A stretch of 64,000 nucleotides of DNA from Bugula neritina (lineage: Eukaryota > Animalia > Bryozoa), in the NCBI GenBank assembly GCA_964035545.1, contig OZ037765.1:7326698-7390697 (forward strand), read 5' to 3'. Positions 12,090-24,246 of the stretch are shown piece after piece; the stretch's first letter is position 1; the number at the start of each line of letters is the position of its first letter. The notes beneath the pieces are model-generated. The model had not been told where the DNA came from and ran no database searches. It was given only the letters and a program-made list of their open reading frames with translations. A program made the translations under genes and the position numbers.

Positions 12090-13060
12090 AATTAATTTCA
12101 ATTTGACTTTGAGTTTGTTACTTTCACTTTGTATCTTAATTTCAGGCTTAACTAGTGCTACGGCTACTGCTAGGCCTAGGGTAGCACTAGCAGTGCCGAA
12201 TAACACTAGCAGTAATGTTCTGATAATATTAACAACAGTTAACACATTTACTATAATACAATTGCATTTCAACTTGAACTTGTAGCTAGACTATAACTAT
12301 AAGTATAAGTATAACTATAAGTAAAAGTCTTACAAATACAGCGGGTGTTGAAGTTAAACTTGAAGTTGATGTTAATGTTATGCCTATGGACTTGAAATTC
12401 TCAATTTTGAATTATTCAGTTGGAAGTTTTACTTAGAGTTTAGACTTACAACTTGAACTACATATTCATATTGATATTCGCTTGCAGTTTTACTTAAAGT
12501 TAGTCTTACAGTTACAGTTAGTTTTACTGTGCTGTTAGTGTTGGCAACTCACTGACGTGCACTTACAGTTACAGTAACTGTAAGCGTTACTGTAACAGTA
12601 ACACTACAGTTTGAGTCTCCGTCTGCGTTACTGTGTTGTAATGTGGGGACTTAGAGTTGGTGTAAGCAAGTTAAACTTAGCAAGCTTTACCACAAGTTGA
12701 AGTTAGCTAGTTAAAGAGTTAAACTTGGTGATAGTATTCTAAAAACCTACTAATTATTAGTAGTCTGTGTTTTGAAATTTAGAGTTGAATTTAAGATCAA
12801 AACTAAACGTTGAACTCGATGTGTTAATTCGAAACTCGTTACAAAATACTTGCTCTTAGTTCAATTCAAATAATAATATCAATGCGTACCAATACTAATG
12901 GTAATACTAATACTTTAATAGTATATTGAATTACCAAATAAAAGTAACAATCGTGGATAGTGAATACCACCAACTCTTCTGTAATGCTGAAAATCGAATA
13001 TAGTGCTAAAAGCACTAGCAGCAGAGAATTTACTGCAATTCTTGCATTTTAACTACAAGG
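12090..13060. repeat. Degenerate period-6 tract in the presumed first intron of the Ski-like gene
   Basis: AACTTG AACTTG TAGCTA GACTAT AACTAT AAGTAT AAGTAT AACTAT AAGTAA AAGTCT; TGAAGT TAAACT TGAAGT TGATGT TAATGT; ACTTAC AGTTAC AGTAAC. Confidence 0.75.
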
Positions 13061-13953
13061 TCAAGCTGAAGCTGCCACATTTTATAGCTTGCATTCTTGT
13101 ATTTTTGCATTTAATCTCAGTAGATGCTGCATAATAATATAATACACAGCTTGAGTGTATTACGGCTGCAGGATGATTGTAGCAATGTAAAACACTGCAT
13201 TTTCCTATGAGTTTTTGTCTGCTAATAGTAATGGGGCTTGCTTAGCCTTATTTCAACTTTGCTGGGAACAACCCCAATTTCATTTACTTTTAGAGTTGAT
13301 GCCTTTCTTACAAAACTAGATGTATGAATTTTATCCACTGTAGTGTCCATTATTGAGGATTATATTCTACAAATTGACTCTTTCGAGATTTGATTGAATT
13401 ATTTATTAGTTTAAAGCAAGATTTAACTTTTTGTTGTTGTTGGGCTTTAAAAGGCTGGAAATAATTATTGTTAGATTGGCATGATTTTCATCACTGTAAA
13501 ATATTCAGTAATTAGTTTCTTGTAACCAATAGAGTATTAGTGATGCAAGACTACAAATCTCAAATGCATTGTTATGAAGTACCTGCAATATATCTATCCA
13601 TGGATACAGTTTAATAAATGCAAAGCTTTTTGTGTAATAGCATGATGCATAGTTAATGCATAGAAATCACATTTGTCAATTGTTCAGTTTTCATTTACAT
13701 CTGAACAGTTAATAGATTTATTTCCTAGGAAACTTACAAAACATTCTTCATAGAACCTGTAGATTATACTCTAGTACAGCTCAAACTGAAATGTGAGTTG
13801 TTCCATTCTCAAGAGCCTGTGTAGAGTTTCATCATCATTGCTCATTTATTTCTTTTAGATATAGAAGCTTTTCAAACCAGTATTCAATGATTCTTATTTG
13901 GGCGTCATTTGCACAGTCTTGTGCCTATAATTTTATCTCATCAACCTTGTATT

Positions 13954-16900
13954 ATGAGAGAGATGAACCCACTGGATCTGCTAGCCGAAGTAGCAGTTTC
14001 TTGCACAGATGATGAGAAGAACAATAAACCACAGCACAGGTACTGGCTTTGTTGGTTTTATTAAATAGCCTAGCTTGTTTTAGCATTAAGTTGAGCTTCC
14101 AAGTAGATTCCATCAAATCTTAAATACTGTGATAATACTATTTTTCTCCTTCTGATTCACTTGTAACATTTTATACCTTATTTTTAGCAAGGGCTTTGTA
14201 GAACCGAAAGCTGAGCTCTGTAAGTTAGAAGCTGTACAAAAAATGACTTACGTCAACAACAATTTGACTGTGTCTAAAGTCACCAGTTCCAAAGACCATA
14301 TTCATGGCGAGGCGCAAACACAAATGACTGGTGTAAACTCAGAGGAGCCAACTACCGCTGTAGATGTGTCTAATACTGAATTAAATATGGAGCCATCACA
14401 GAACATGGAGACTGAAGCCTTGCAAAAAGACACTGTTGGGGAAACTAGAATAAATATCAATGGTGTGAATATAATAGCCCTGAATGCTAGTAAGCTAGAT
14501 TCAGACCAATCAACCAATACAGCTGTTTCACCAGGAAACTCATCACTAGCTGTTGAAGAGTTGAGAAGTAACCAACTGCCAGCATCCAGCAAGTCTGCGT
14601 TGAAGCCGGACAGTGTTAATATGGAGAAGTTAGTGAGGGCTAGTTCACCTGTACCCTCAGGACAAACAGTTTCACAGCAAGTCAGCCGACTTCTCTTTCC
14701 AAATTTCAAACTAACGATGACCGATAATGTGCCAAGCCTATTGCAAAGTAGAAAAGTATCCAGCTTGCTGATTGGAAACCTTGGTAGTGCTACTATCCGC
14801 AGCGCACTGGCACCCAACAAGGTTGTCCATCAGTCACCGGCTTTGGTAAAGCCAAAAACTGTTCTGCGGAAGTCACCAAACATTAGCATCACTGCGATAC
14901 CATACGACTTTCCTTTGCTAGATCATGACTACTGCTATCAAAACTACTGTGATATTGTACAAGCCTCTGCAAAGTTGGTCAAGGAACGACATGCAGCAAA
15001 AAAGTTAACCCAAAAACAGTTAAAATTGGAGCAAAAGACTAAAGAGGCTTCAGGTGCTGATGAAAAGCCTATAAAGAAAAAGTATCGAACTAAAAAAGTA
15101 ATAGCTCAAGAGTTGGAGGCGGAAAGAAGATTGAGTCTTGAGCGAAAAGCTAACGAAGGAGATGAAAATGCTTTGGATGAGCTTGACAGAATTCAGCAGC
15201 TTGAATTAGAGCTGCAGCAAAGGGAAATTAATAAGCAAAAGAAGAAATTGAGCAAAAAGAGAAACTCAAGTGAGACTGTTGAAGTGGAAATTGACAGTGA
15301 TGAAGAGGTATTGTATTTGTGCTTTATTGTCAATAGTGTACATTCTGTTTGTCATTTGATACGTCAGTGGTTTTATGCTCTGCGAACAGGCTTGTATTTT
15401 ATCAGTTTTCTTAGCATGTATGTTTCCTATTAATTTTGGTTTCACAATAGTGGGACGGTGATATTCTAGTGCTGTGAGTGTATGAACAATTATCAAGTGG
15501 TAGTCGCTTGAGTCAAGCATCACTAGGGTGTAACCATGTGTGATGAATGTTCCATCTAAATAAATTACCGTGCTTTGTGTTGCAAGCATTACCGTGTGCA
15601 ATCATGTGTAAAGTTTGTATTGCTAATAAAATCATGACTATGCAAGCATAGCCATCACATGACTCTTGCTCAACATCTGCCCATATGCCATTATAGCTAA
15701 TCAAATATCAGATATGCCCGCCAGTGTATGAAATATACAGCTCTTATCGCCTTTGTTAGCTCGTGTTTTCATTGTGAACTATACTGCTTTAGTAGAATAT
15801 TAAAGCTCCACGTTGCATGTGTGACTCATTGTTTATACCTAGGCTATCACTTGGCAAGCTGTTGCTAACTGCTAACATTTGTAGGCTGAAGATATTGCTG
15901 GAACAAACCCTGTGATAAACCACAAGACAGAATTGAAAGACCAGTTTAATTCTAAGAAACATAAAAGGCAAAATATGAACAAAGTTGAAGAACCGAACCA
16001 GCATTTGTGGAAGACCAGAGTTGTGAAAAATGATGGCTCAAACATGCAGCAGGTTATTTTCATCTTAGTTTTGGTTGTATAAGTGTTGCTGTGCTGGGAG
16101 GTTCAGATTACTAGAGGAGCAGGTCTGAGTGTATATTTCAAAAGCAGTCGCTACACCCTATTCAACACATTCTGTTGTCAGAACAATGATCAGTCTTTGT
16201 GGTTAAGACTTGCCCACACAAGCCACTACACAGCATTGTTAACTCTATCTGTGTGAACACAAAGGAGTATTGAGTTTAGGCTTTAGGCTGGGTGTAGCCA
16301 ATATTTGCCTTGTATATACTAATTATATACAGTTCTAGCTGTGCTCATAAATCTTCTCGCAGTTATTACCAGTGTATAGTAAGTGTATAGTAAGTAGTGC
16401 AGCAGTAGTCATACTAAGATGTGTTGCCATGCAGATAGAGCGACTTTGTGATGTGATTATCTGTGCATTTACAGGTCACACAGAACACACATATGCCCTG
16501 CTCTACCAGCCACCTCTCCATGGAGAGCTCTAGTGTGCTCTCTCCAAATCTAATGCTCAATACATCACAGGAGATGAATGATGTATTTGATGTATTAGGT
16601 TGGTTCTACCACATACTGTGCTCTGTTTCAGCCAGCAAAGTACATGTAGCTAATAGTTTGTGTGACATGTGACAGCAAGTACATGTAGTTGATAGTTTGT
16701 GTGTGACATGTGACAGCAAGTAGTGTAGCTAATAGTTTGTGTGTGACATGTGACAGCAAGTAGTGTAGCTAGTAGTTTGTGTGTTGCATATGGCAGCATT
16801 GGCTATTATAAGTAGACCAACCCACCCTGATGTTATGTAATCACTCAGACTTGTAAGTTGTTCTACTTATCCAGCAACTTGGCTGTAGACAGGCAGGGTG

Positions 16901-19900
16901 TTAACAACTTTTCTACAGCAGTGGTTATAGCCTTTCAATCAATAATGCTTAGTCGGTGCAATAATGCTGTGTACTGGTTAGTGTTGTATACTGGTAGTGT
17001 TGCTAGGAATACTGTATATAAAATCTTAAAATAAATTGTTTTGGCTGCATGTCTTGTCAACTTATCTGTGTTCAAATGCTAACTGGTCCACATTGGTTTA
17101 GCTAGTTCCGGGTGATGAGTATTTCAACTGCATTCCATGATGTACATTGTACTAGTGACCCTCATGTCTATGCTGAGAGTATATCATTGATTGTCATCAC
17201 TGTGAATACTATTTCCAGCTAGTGCTGATGTCCGGGTTTATTTCAAATCTGTTTAGCAATATACATGTAGTGGGCAGTATCACTATTGTACAGCTCTAGT
17301 AATTTATCAGTAATAATTGAGGCTTTTTGAACTCTTTTGTGTTTTAAAGATCATTCATTACCATATTTTGGAACCAATTTGATGCTACTTGTCTAGTTTT
17401 ATATATGTATTGTCTCCCCTTACTTTACCTACTCCAACGCTGTGTGTAGGTCTATCATCAGTTGAGAGCGTAGACAGCACTGAGAGATGGTGTGATGTCA
17501 CCACAGACATGGACACCAAGCTGTTCGGCACTGGAGACAGCGACCCCTCAGACAGGCAGGTCAACTTGGATGTGATAGATAATGGTAAATCTGCAGTAGC
17601 CGGGCTAGATGATCTGCTGCAAGACATCACCATGGATCAAGTCTCCGAGCTAATATTAGCCTTAGACGTAGACTCAGGTCTTCATACTGGTGATTTAGGG
17701 GAGCCTCACCAAGTGTTTGACTGCGGGTCCCCTAAAGAAGTAAGTTTATAAAGAGCATGATGTATGGCACATTTATTAATATTATACACTATAATGTGTG
17801 CTATTGTACGATTTGCTAGACAGAGCCATTGTTTATAATATTAAATTCTGCTTGGTTTATTGTGTATGTAGGGTTTACACTGCAAATACTTATTAGATTC
17901 TAATCAAGTTTGCTAATAGCTGCTGGTTGCTTAGATGCTGTAGCTTGTAGCAAATAGTGTATTATAATACGTGCATGCAGTCTAGTTACTAAATACTCTG
18001 GCTGTGGTTTCATTGATTTGATCATTGAACAGTAAGTTCCTAGTAGGCATAGATGAGACACTGAACACATCTTGTCAATATTACTATGCTTCACAACTGA
18101 CACTCTATTTACATTGAGTGCTGGGTGGTGGCTGGGTGAAAGCTTGGCATAGCATACTTAGAGATGTTTTGTCTCCCAGCATAATTACACATTAGTATGT
18201 CGGATATGTAAACAATGAGTCCTTCATCATCTGTAAAAGGTTTTAATTAGCCAACACAGGAGTGGAAAATTACAAATTACTCCATTAGGTAGTAAGACCA
18301 AGTAGAGGTGTGGCAACTTTAAACTCGTAGTTTTATTCTTTTCTTGTCCCCTCTCATAGTTTTAAGTGAAAATTATTTCTAGCTGCTTGGATCTTATAAT
18401 GATACGAAATTAAAGTTGATTACAAAGTGAGGGTATGTATCAGTTATCACATAGAAACTGCACAGCACTAAATACTGTTTACTTATTCATGGTTTTCATT
18501 TGGCATTATTACAGATGGAGTTGAGTCAACCAGGTAATGAGGATGTAGTGAAGAGTCTATCTACTTTGGCCAAGGAAGTTTGTTATGCAAATAATATTAA
18601 AATAACCAGCCAAGAGTCTGAGAACACATCAGATGGTTCTAACAATCTCTCACAGCAAAGTCAAACCAGCAACATTTCACTAGACTTTACTGATGCAGAT
18701 ATTTTAGCATCAGACAAAACCATTAACTTTGACTTGATAAACGAACTGGGTGCCACGCCACCTAAAGCAATCCGTCCAAACAACCTATTGTCGAGTCAAC
18801 TCAGTTCTCCTGTCAAGAAAGATTCTACAAACACCCAGTCGCCTGTAGTGGTACCAGTGACTATGTACTGGAATACATTTCCTGCTCTCTTACTCGAAGG
18901 TGTAAAATACGTTCGTCTGATTGACATCTCACGACAAGCTCTGCCATCCAAAGAAACAGGTGGGTACTTTGTGCAAACCCCCCACCCTCTGGACAAGTAT
19001 ATAGTCTGGGTAGTTTAGTAGTTGGTGCATTCTGGATAATGTTTTGAATTGCCAGCTTTGATAGAAAAACCCGTTTTCAATTTTTAAAGAAAATGGTTGT
19101 GACTAAATTTTCTGTAATTTCTCACAAATTTCATTTTTTGTAAATTTAAATGTAATCCCTTTAAGAAAAAGTAACTAGATTCAACATCTGGCCCTCTGTG
19201 GGAAAGTTTCGCTTGTCAGGTAATGACTACTCAGTAAATGTGTTTGAGCAGTTGGTGTAACAATGCTGTGTCACAGGTCTGTTGAAGAAGAGGGCTCAGG
19301 CTCTCGGGTACGAAGTCACCAACTGTACAGACCTGCAGCGGAACCTGCTTGTGAGGTACGCATTTGCCTGTCAGTCCCGCTCCACCCTCATGGTCACGGA
19401 GGCCTGTGCCGCCGAAGTCATAGCTTCCTACATGGAGAAAAGCGAGATTGAGGAGCTGTCTAAGGCACCCGAACTTCCTCTCGAGCAGTTGTTGGCCCAC
19501 AGCAAATCCACCACCACTGCTAGTGTCAGGGCACCTGCTGAACCTGTCACCTTGATGCCTCAGGTCCTCATAGAGCACAAGCCTCTCCAACAGTCCAGGT
19601 GGGATCATCTACCAACTAATAACATTCTCATCAACTATACTGGACATTTCATGTGATAGAGTTTAGGATAAATAGTTCAATACAATCCTTATCACATTAA
19701 CAAACTATAAGTAATGGGAGTTCCGCGTTTCATGGGCAGTCAGGAGTGACCTAAAATGTTTTCTCTCCGGTATCTTTCCATTGAAAAGTGTCACTTGAGC
19801 TGCTACCTCGCCTTTCCAGTGCTTCTTTGTTTTCCACTGCCTTCCTATCTAATATTTATCACATTGCACTCACTCCATGCTCATTATTATAAAGTCTAAT

Positions 19901-22900
19901 TATATTCAACCTACACTTTGCCAGTGCCATCTAACGTGACTAGATGTATGATAATGTAATTGTAGTCTTGGGAATACCAAGTCTCCCTCAGCGACCCATG
20001 AGCCTGTGGCACCAGAGAGATCATCTAGACTTCGCCAGATAAAGAGCTCCTATCGAAGATTTCTTAGCCTTGGCTCTACACCAACAGCTGGCCCTACGAA
20101 CTCTGGTTGTGCTGCAGGTGTGCATTATATATAGCCTTCTACATGTTGATTTCATTATACACATTAGAATGGTTTGATTCTATAATGAGTAGCATTGTGT
20201 GTAGTGTTGGTGGTTGACAAACTTTAGTTGTGCTTCATGTTTATGTTACACAACTTGAAGTATGTAAGTAAAGGCACACTGCAGTTATAGTAGTAGTCTA
20301 AATGATATCATGATATACCAGTAGCTTTGCTAGTTAGTGATGTACATCACAGAGTACCAATGGTAGCAATAACATACTCATTAGTATGTAAAATATAGGT
20401 CACTCACTCATCACTAGGAGCTGTAGGTGACTTGCTTATCATTAGTTTACAATGTAGATAAGACGAACCCTCCTACTGCTTCAACATTCTCTATAATATA
20501 CTGTTTATACCAGCTCTGTTTGACCTTGACATTGGGGTGTCAACAGCTTCAATCCCAGCTTTCACAGTGATGAAGAATACATATTATGTCCTGTTCACTA
20601 GGCCTTTGCTCTTATGAAGGAAACCCAAATACTATACACAAAATCATTGCTGTTCATTTAGTACAGATGAGGGCTTTGTTTTATAGAATATCTAATTATG
20701 TCATTTTTTCTAAGTAAATTTTCTTTCTCTCTGGTCATCCAATAGCCTTGTTTCACATATATCCTTCACTAGTGGGTAGAATCCTCGAGGGACAGCTATA
20801 CAGCTGTCTGTCTGATAAGCTTGACTTCACCTGCAACTGGCCTGTTGCTGTGACTCTTTAGTGCCAGTACACAACACTCCACATCTGTTTATGTTGTTGC
20901 TAGTTACATGCACACTATTCAGTATTCTAATCTCATGAGGTAGATACAATCAGATTTCTCAAACAGTGCTAGTTCTAGTACCATAGCAAAATGTCAGCAT
21001 GCATTATAAAGCCATCAGTCCCAATCTAAAAATTATCAAGCTAAGCACGAAATCTACATCTCTGCACCTAACAGAGATGCACCTACCCCTCTGCACCCAA
21101 CCTTTGTGTTTTATCTTGTCAGCCGCATTAGAATAGCTGCAGTTATTGGGTTCTGCACATCCACATATACAGCAATGGAGATAGTACTCTTTGTTTAAGC
21201 TGGCCATTCAGTGAAAACTAAAGGGTTTGTTGGAGGAACCTTTACTTGTTATGATTTGGTTAGCAATTTGTTTGCTTGGGCAATTATTTGTATAGTGATA
21301 ACAAAATTGGAGAGCTAGTGTGGTGTGGGCAGGTATTGGATGGTGCAAGAACATGTAGGACCAGAGTCTAGGGTAAAGCTGTTAGCTTCAGTATGACTGC
21401 AAGGCTGTCTACTGGTGGTATGTGCTGGTGTACACTGTTGCCATGCCTTCAGTTGCTACTTCTAGTAATTCACAGCTGTGAGTCTAGTCATGAGTGTTAC
21501 TATGGTGCTGTATACTCTCCTTTCTCAGTGGTAGCAATTTTGAAGGATTAAAATTGGTTTCTATGCTTATATTATCGGTGATTCCTAAAAGGCAATCAAT
21601 ACCAAAATGTCATTTCGGTGAATAAGTGCTGTTTAGTCTGTATGGCTGTATGTATGCTTATTATTGGCCTGAAATAGACTTGTGTTAGTAACTGCTTTTG
21701 GGAAATGGCAGGAGTAAATACATAACGATATGAAATGTCATTCAATAGACCTGTTGTGCACCCCAGTATATATGAACTTTTCCTCATACCAGAGCATAAA
21801 GTAGGAGGTTGTGTTAATGTATGCAAGTAACACACAAAGTCAACTTGTTCTATTACTGCCAGTATTCTGCATGTCTCTACAGTCTACAAAATGTGTCCTG
21901 TAGCATAGTACAGTGACTATGATAGTCTACTTGTAGCTCATGTGCGGGCAGTAAGATAGTTATCATGCTTCGCGCCATTGATTATCACTATGCATTCTAT
22001 AGTGAAAGCTGCAGGCTTACATAAGGAATTAAGGAATGACATTTGCAAGACTGACTAAATACAATAACTGATCACATGACTATCGCAATGCTTATGTAAC
22101 CACATACTATGTATATGGTACACGATGTACTTAGTGAATATGAAGTGTAAATGATGCAAGTTTCCAGCATTGCATAACTCATGTTTTCTGTTACAGGTGC
22201 TGAGGCTACTAGCTGTGTGTTTACAGAGGAGAATGCTAGTGACAGGGGCTATCACTCCGACCAGTCACCAGATAGTCTGAGTGAGCGCCCACTGCACGCT
22301 AAACCACGGAAAGATCGGAAAATGAGAGCCGGGAGACAAAACAGTAAAGCGTCAGCTCGTAAAGGCTTTTCTACGTCTCAAGGTACAACACAAGTGACAT
22401 CCTGAAATTGTAGCATAATTTACCAACTGTGAGATGACATTGCAATCATTTTTCATATCTCAAAAATGACTTAAAGATTAAGGATGCTGCTAAGGCACAG
22501 TCCCATGGCATGTTTGAGAGGCTACAACTACAACCAATGATAAATAACTGCATTGGCTAGGTGGAGCAGATGCTATTTTATATTTAGTTTGTGTTTGTTT
22601 AGTTGCTAAATGTTTTTGTATAGGATTTTAGCCCACTGCAATATCAAGTATTAGTTATCGGTTATCAATGTCATTAAGTATTGCTGTTGTTGCTTTGAAA
22701 GCAGCTGTTGTTGACCAACTTGATATTAATATGCAGATGCTGTCAAGTCTTCAATAAGTGAAGTTGGTGAGAAGCAATCTGTAGATGATGACAGCTCATT
22801 AGCTCCTACACCCACTGCATCACCCTCTGCAAGTGCCCCAGTCTCTGAAGATGTCACTGACTTTAACTCTCAGTCTAGGGTATGCCCTCACCCCCTAATT

Positions 22901-24246
22901 TCTGCTCAGCATTATGATCATATTGCCAAAATTAGCGCTCAGTACATTAAGTGAATATTACTTCTTAAATTTTATTTCTTTGTCTAGAAGTATATAACAG
23001 TTAGGCTGTAAAGAGAGCCTTGCAAAAGTTGAAACACAATATTTATGTTGACTTGAATTTGCTATGTAAGTTAATTTGTATCTACATCCTTTGCAAGATG
23101 GTGTTCTACTTTTAGGGAGATGTTTTGACACCAGACTTGGTGTTGGACAGCATCGAGCAGTCGGAAGTGGTGCACATTCGACACATTGACCTCATACCTC
23201 GACGTAACGCTGCCACTCTGTCTCAAGATGGAGACCTCTTTTTGAAGTACTTCAAGTCCTTGCACTCTATCTGTATTCGGTGCTGCACCTGTAATAACTT
23301 CTTTACTCTTAAAGCCTTCACCAAACATCAACATGTTAACCAAAAGGTGAGCTTTCAGTAGTAAATATGATGCACTATTTATTATTGCTAATATTGGAGT
23401 TATCTTTGCTATGGTATTTTGGAATTTGGAAATTAAAGCTGCAAAATATATATCAAACCTGCATTTACTGCTCATATACACTTTAATTAAAATTGGGAAT
23501 GGGATTTTTTCATTAAGTCTTTTAAAACATTTTTCCCGCTAGATTAGTTCATCAAAGATCCTGTTGTTGGGGCAGGCAAGTCTTAATTTTTCTTATGGGC
23601 ATTAGAACGCATTGTATCTTACGAACCATGTGCAAAAATATATGTATTCGTTTAATATTTCAGTTGCTAAGATATGCAAGATTTAATTTCCTATGAAAAA
23701 CATCTAGCTTAAAGATTAGTTATAGTGCTTGCATCTGCTTGATTGTAGATATTTTTGCCATCATACCTGTGATGGTATGATGGCAATGGTGTACAATGTT
23801 AAAGATTATGTGGCTGTTTATTTTTCTCAAGGTTTTAATTTGGCTGGTTTATGTTTTAGTTGGTTCCAGTGAAAGTACGACAGAGAATAGAGGCTATAGG
23901 TGTATCCGTAGACTCAGAGTATTGGCAGATGTTCAAAAAAAGGAAACAACTGTTTGAGACAAAGCGGGCGCCTTTGCAGAAAATTAGTGAGACTCGTCTT
24001 TCTAAGTCTGACGCTAAACCTGATACCGGACTCTCAACTTCAGCTTCTGTGAAGCAATTCCCTCTAGAGCTGGGAAAAAGAATTCCTAAACAGAAAAAAT
24101 ATAATCCTGATGAAATGTATTATACTAACAATCCATGTATACTGAACACTTCGAGGAAACGAAAGGCAGAGTCCAATTCAAATAATAGTTGGAAACAAAA
24201 GTCTTCTAGTGACTTGGGTAGTCTAAAAAGGAGAGTTGAGCGTTGA
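13954..24246 (+). CDS. Divergent Ski/Sno/Dachshund-family nuclear protein (DHD plus SAND-like Smad4-binding-type domain, long disordered N-terminus), ~1217 aa, 12 coding exons
   Basis: Exons 13954-14039, 14188-15307, 15885-16052, 16475-16598, 17450-17739, 18515-18959, 19277-19598, 19966-20117, 22197-22382, 22737-22879, 23116-23346, 23860-24246; GT-AG, total 3654 nt in frame. ALLLEGVKYVRLIDI...ALGYEVTNCTDLQRNLL...MVTEACAAEVIASY aligns by eye to the Ski DHD. CIRCCTCNNFFTLKAFTKHQH resembles the Ski CxxC-x11-HxH zinc site. Start may be 13963. Gene structure is more certain than the family call. Confidence 0.75.
16632..16797 (+). repeat. Intronic minisatellite, about 4 copies of a 39-41 bp unit
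   Basis: CAGCAAGTA(CA/G)TGTAGCTAATAGTTTGTGTG(TG)ACATGTGA repeated just after the exon 4 donor. Confidence 0.9.

Noticed and set aside
12087-12285. Short signal-peptide-like ORFs on both strands
   Set aside because: By-products of the period-6/3 tract; the plus-strand one starts at TTG and neither has splice support.
14302-14820. 172-aa minus-strand ORF and similar antisense ORFs (17385, 19231, 59170)
   Set aside because: They lie opposite real exons and show no independent domain or splice structure.
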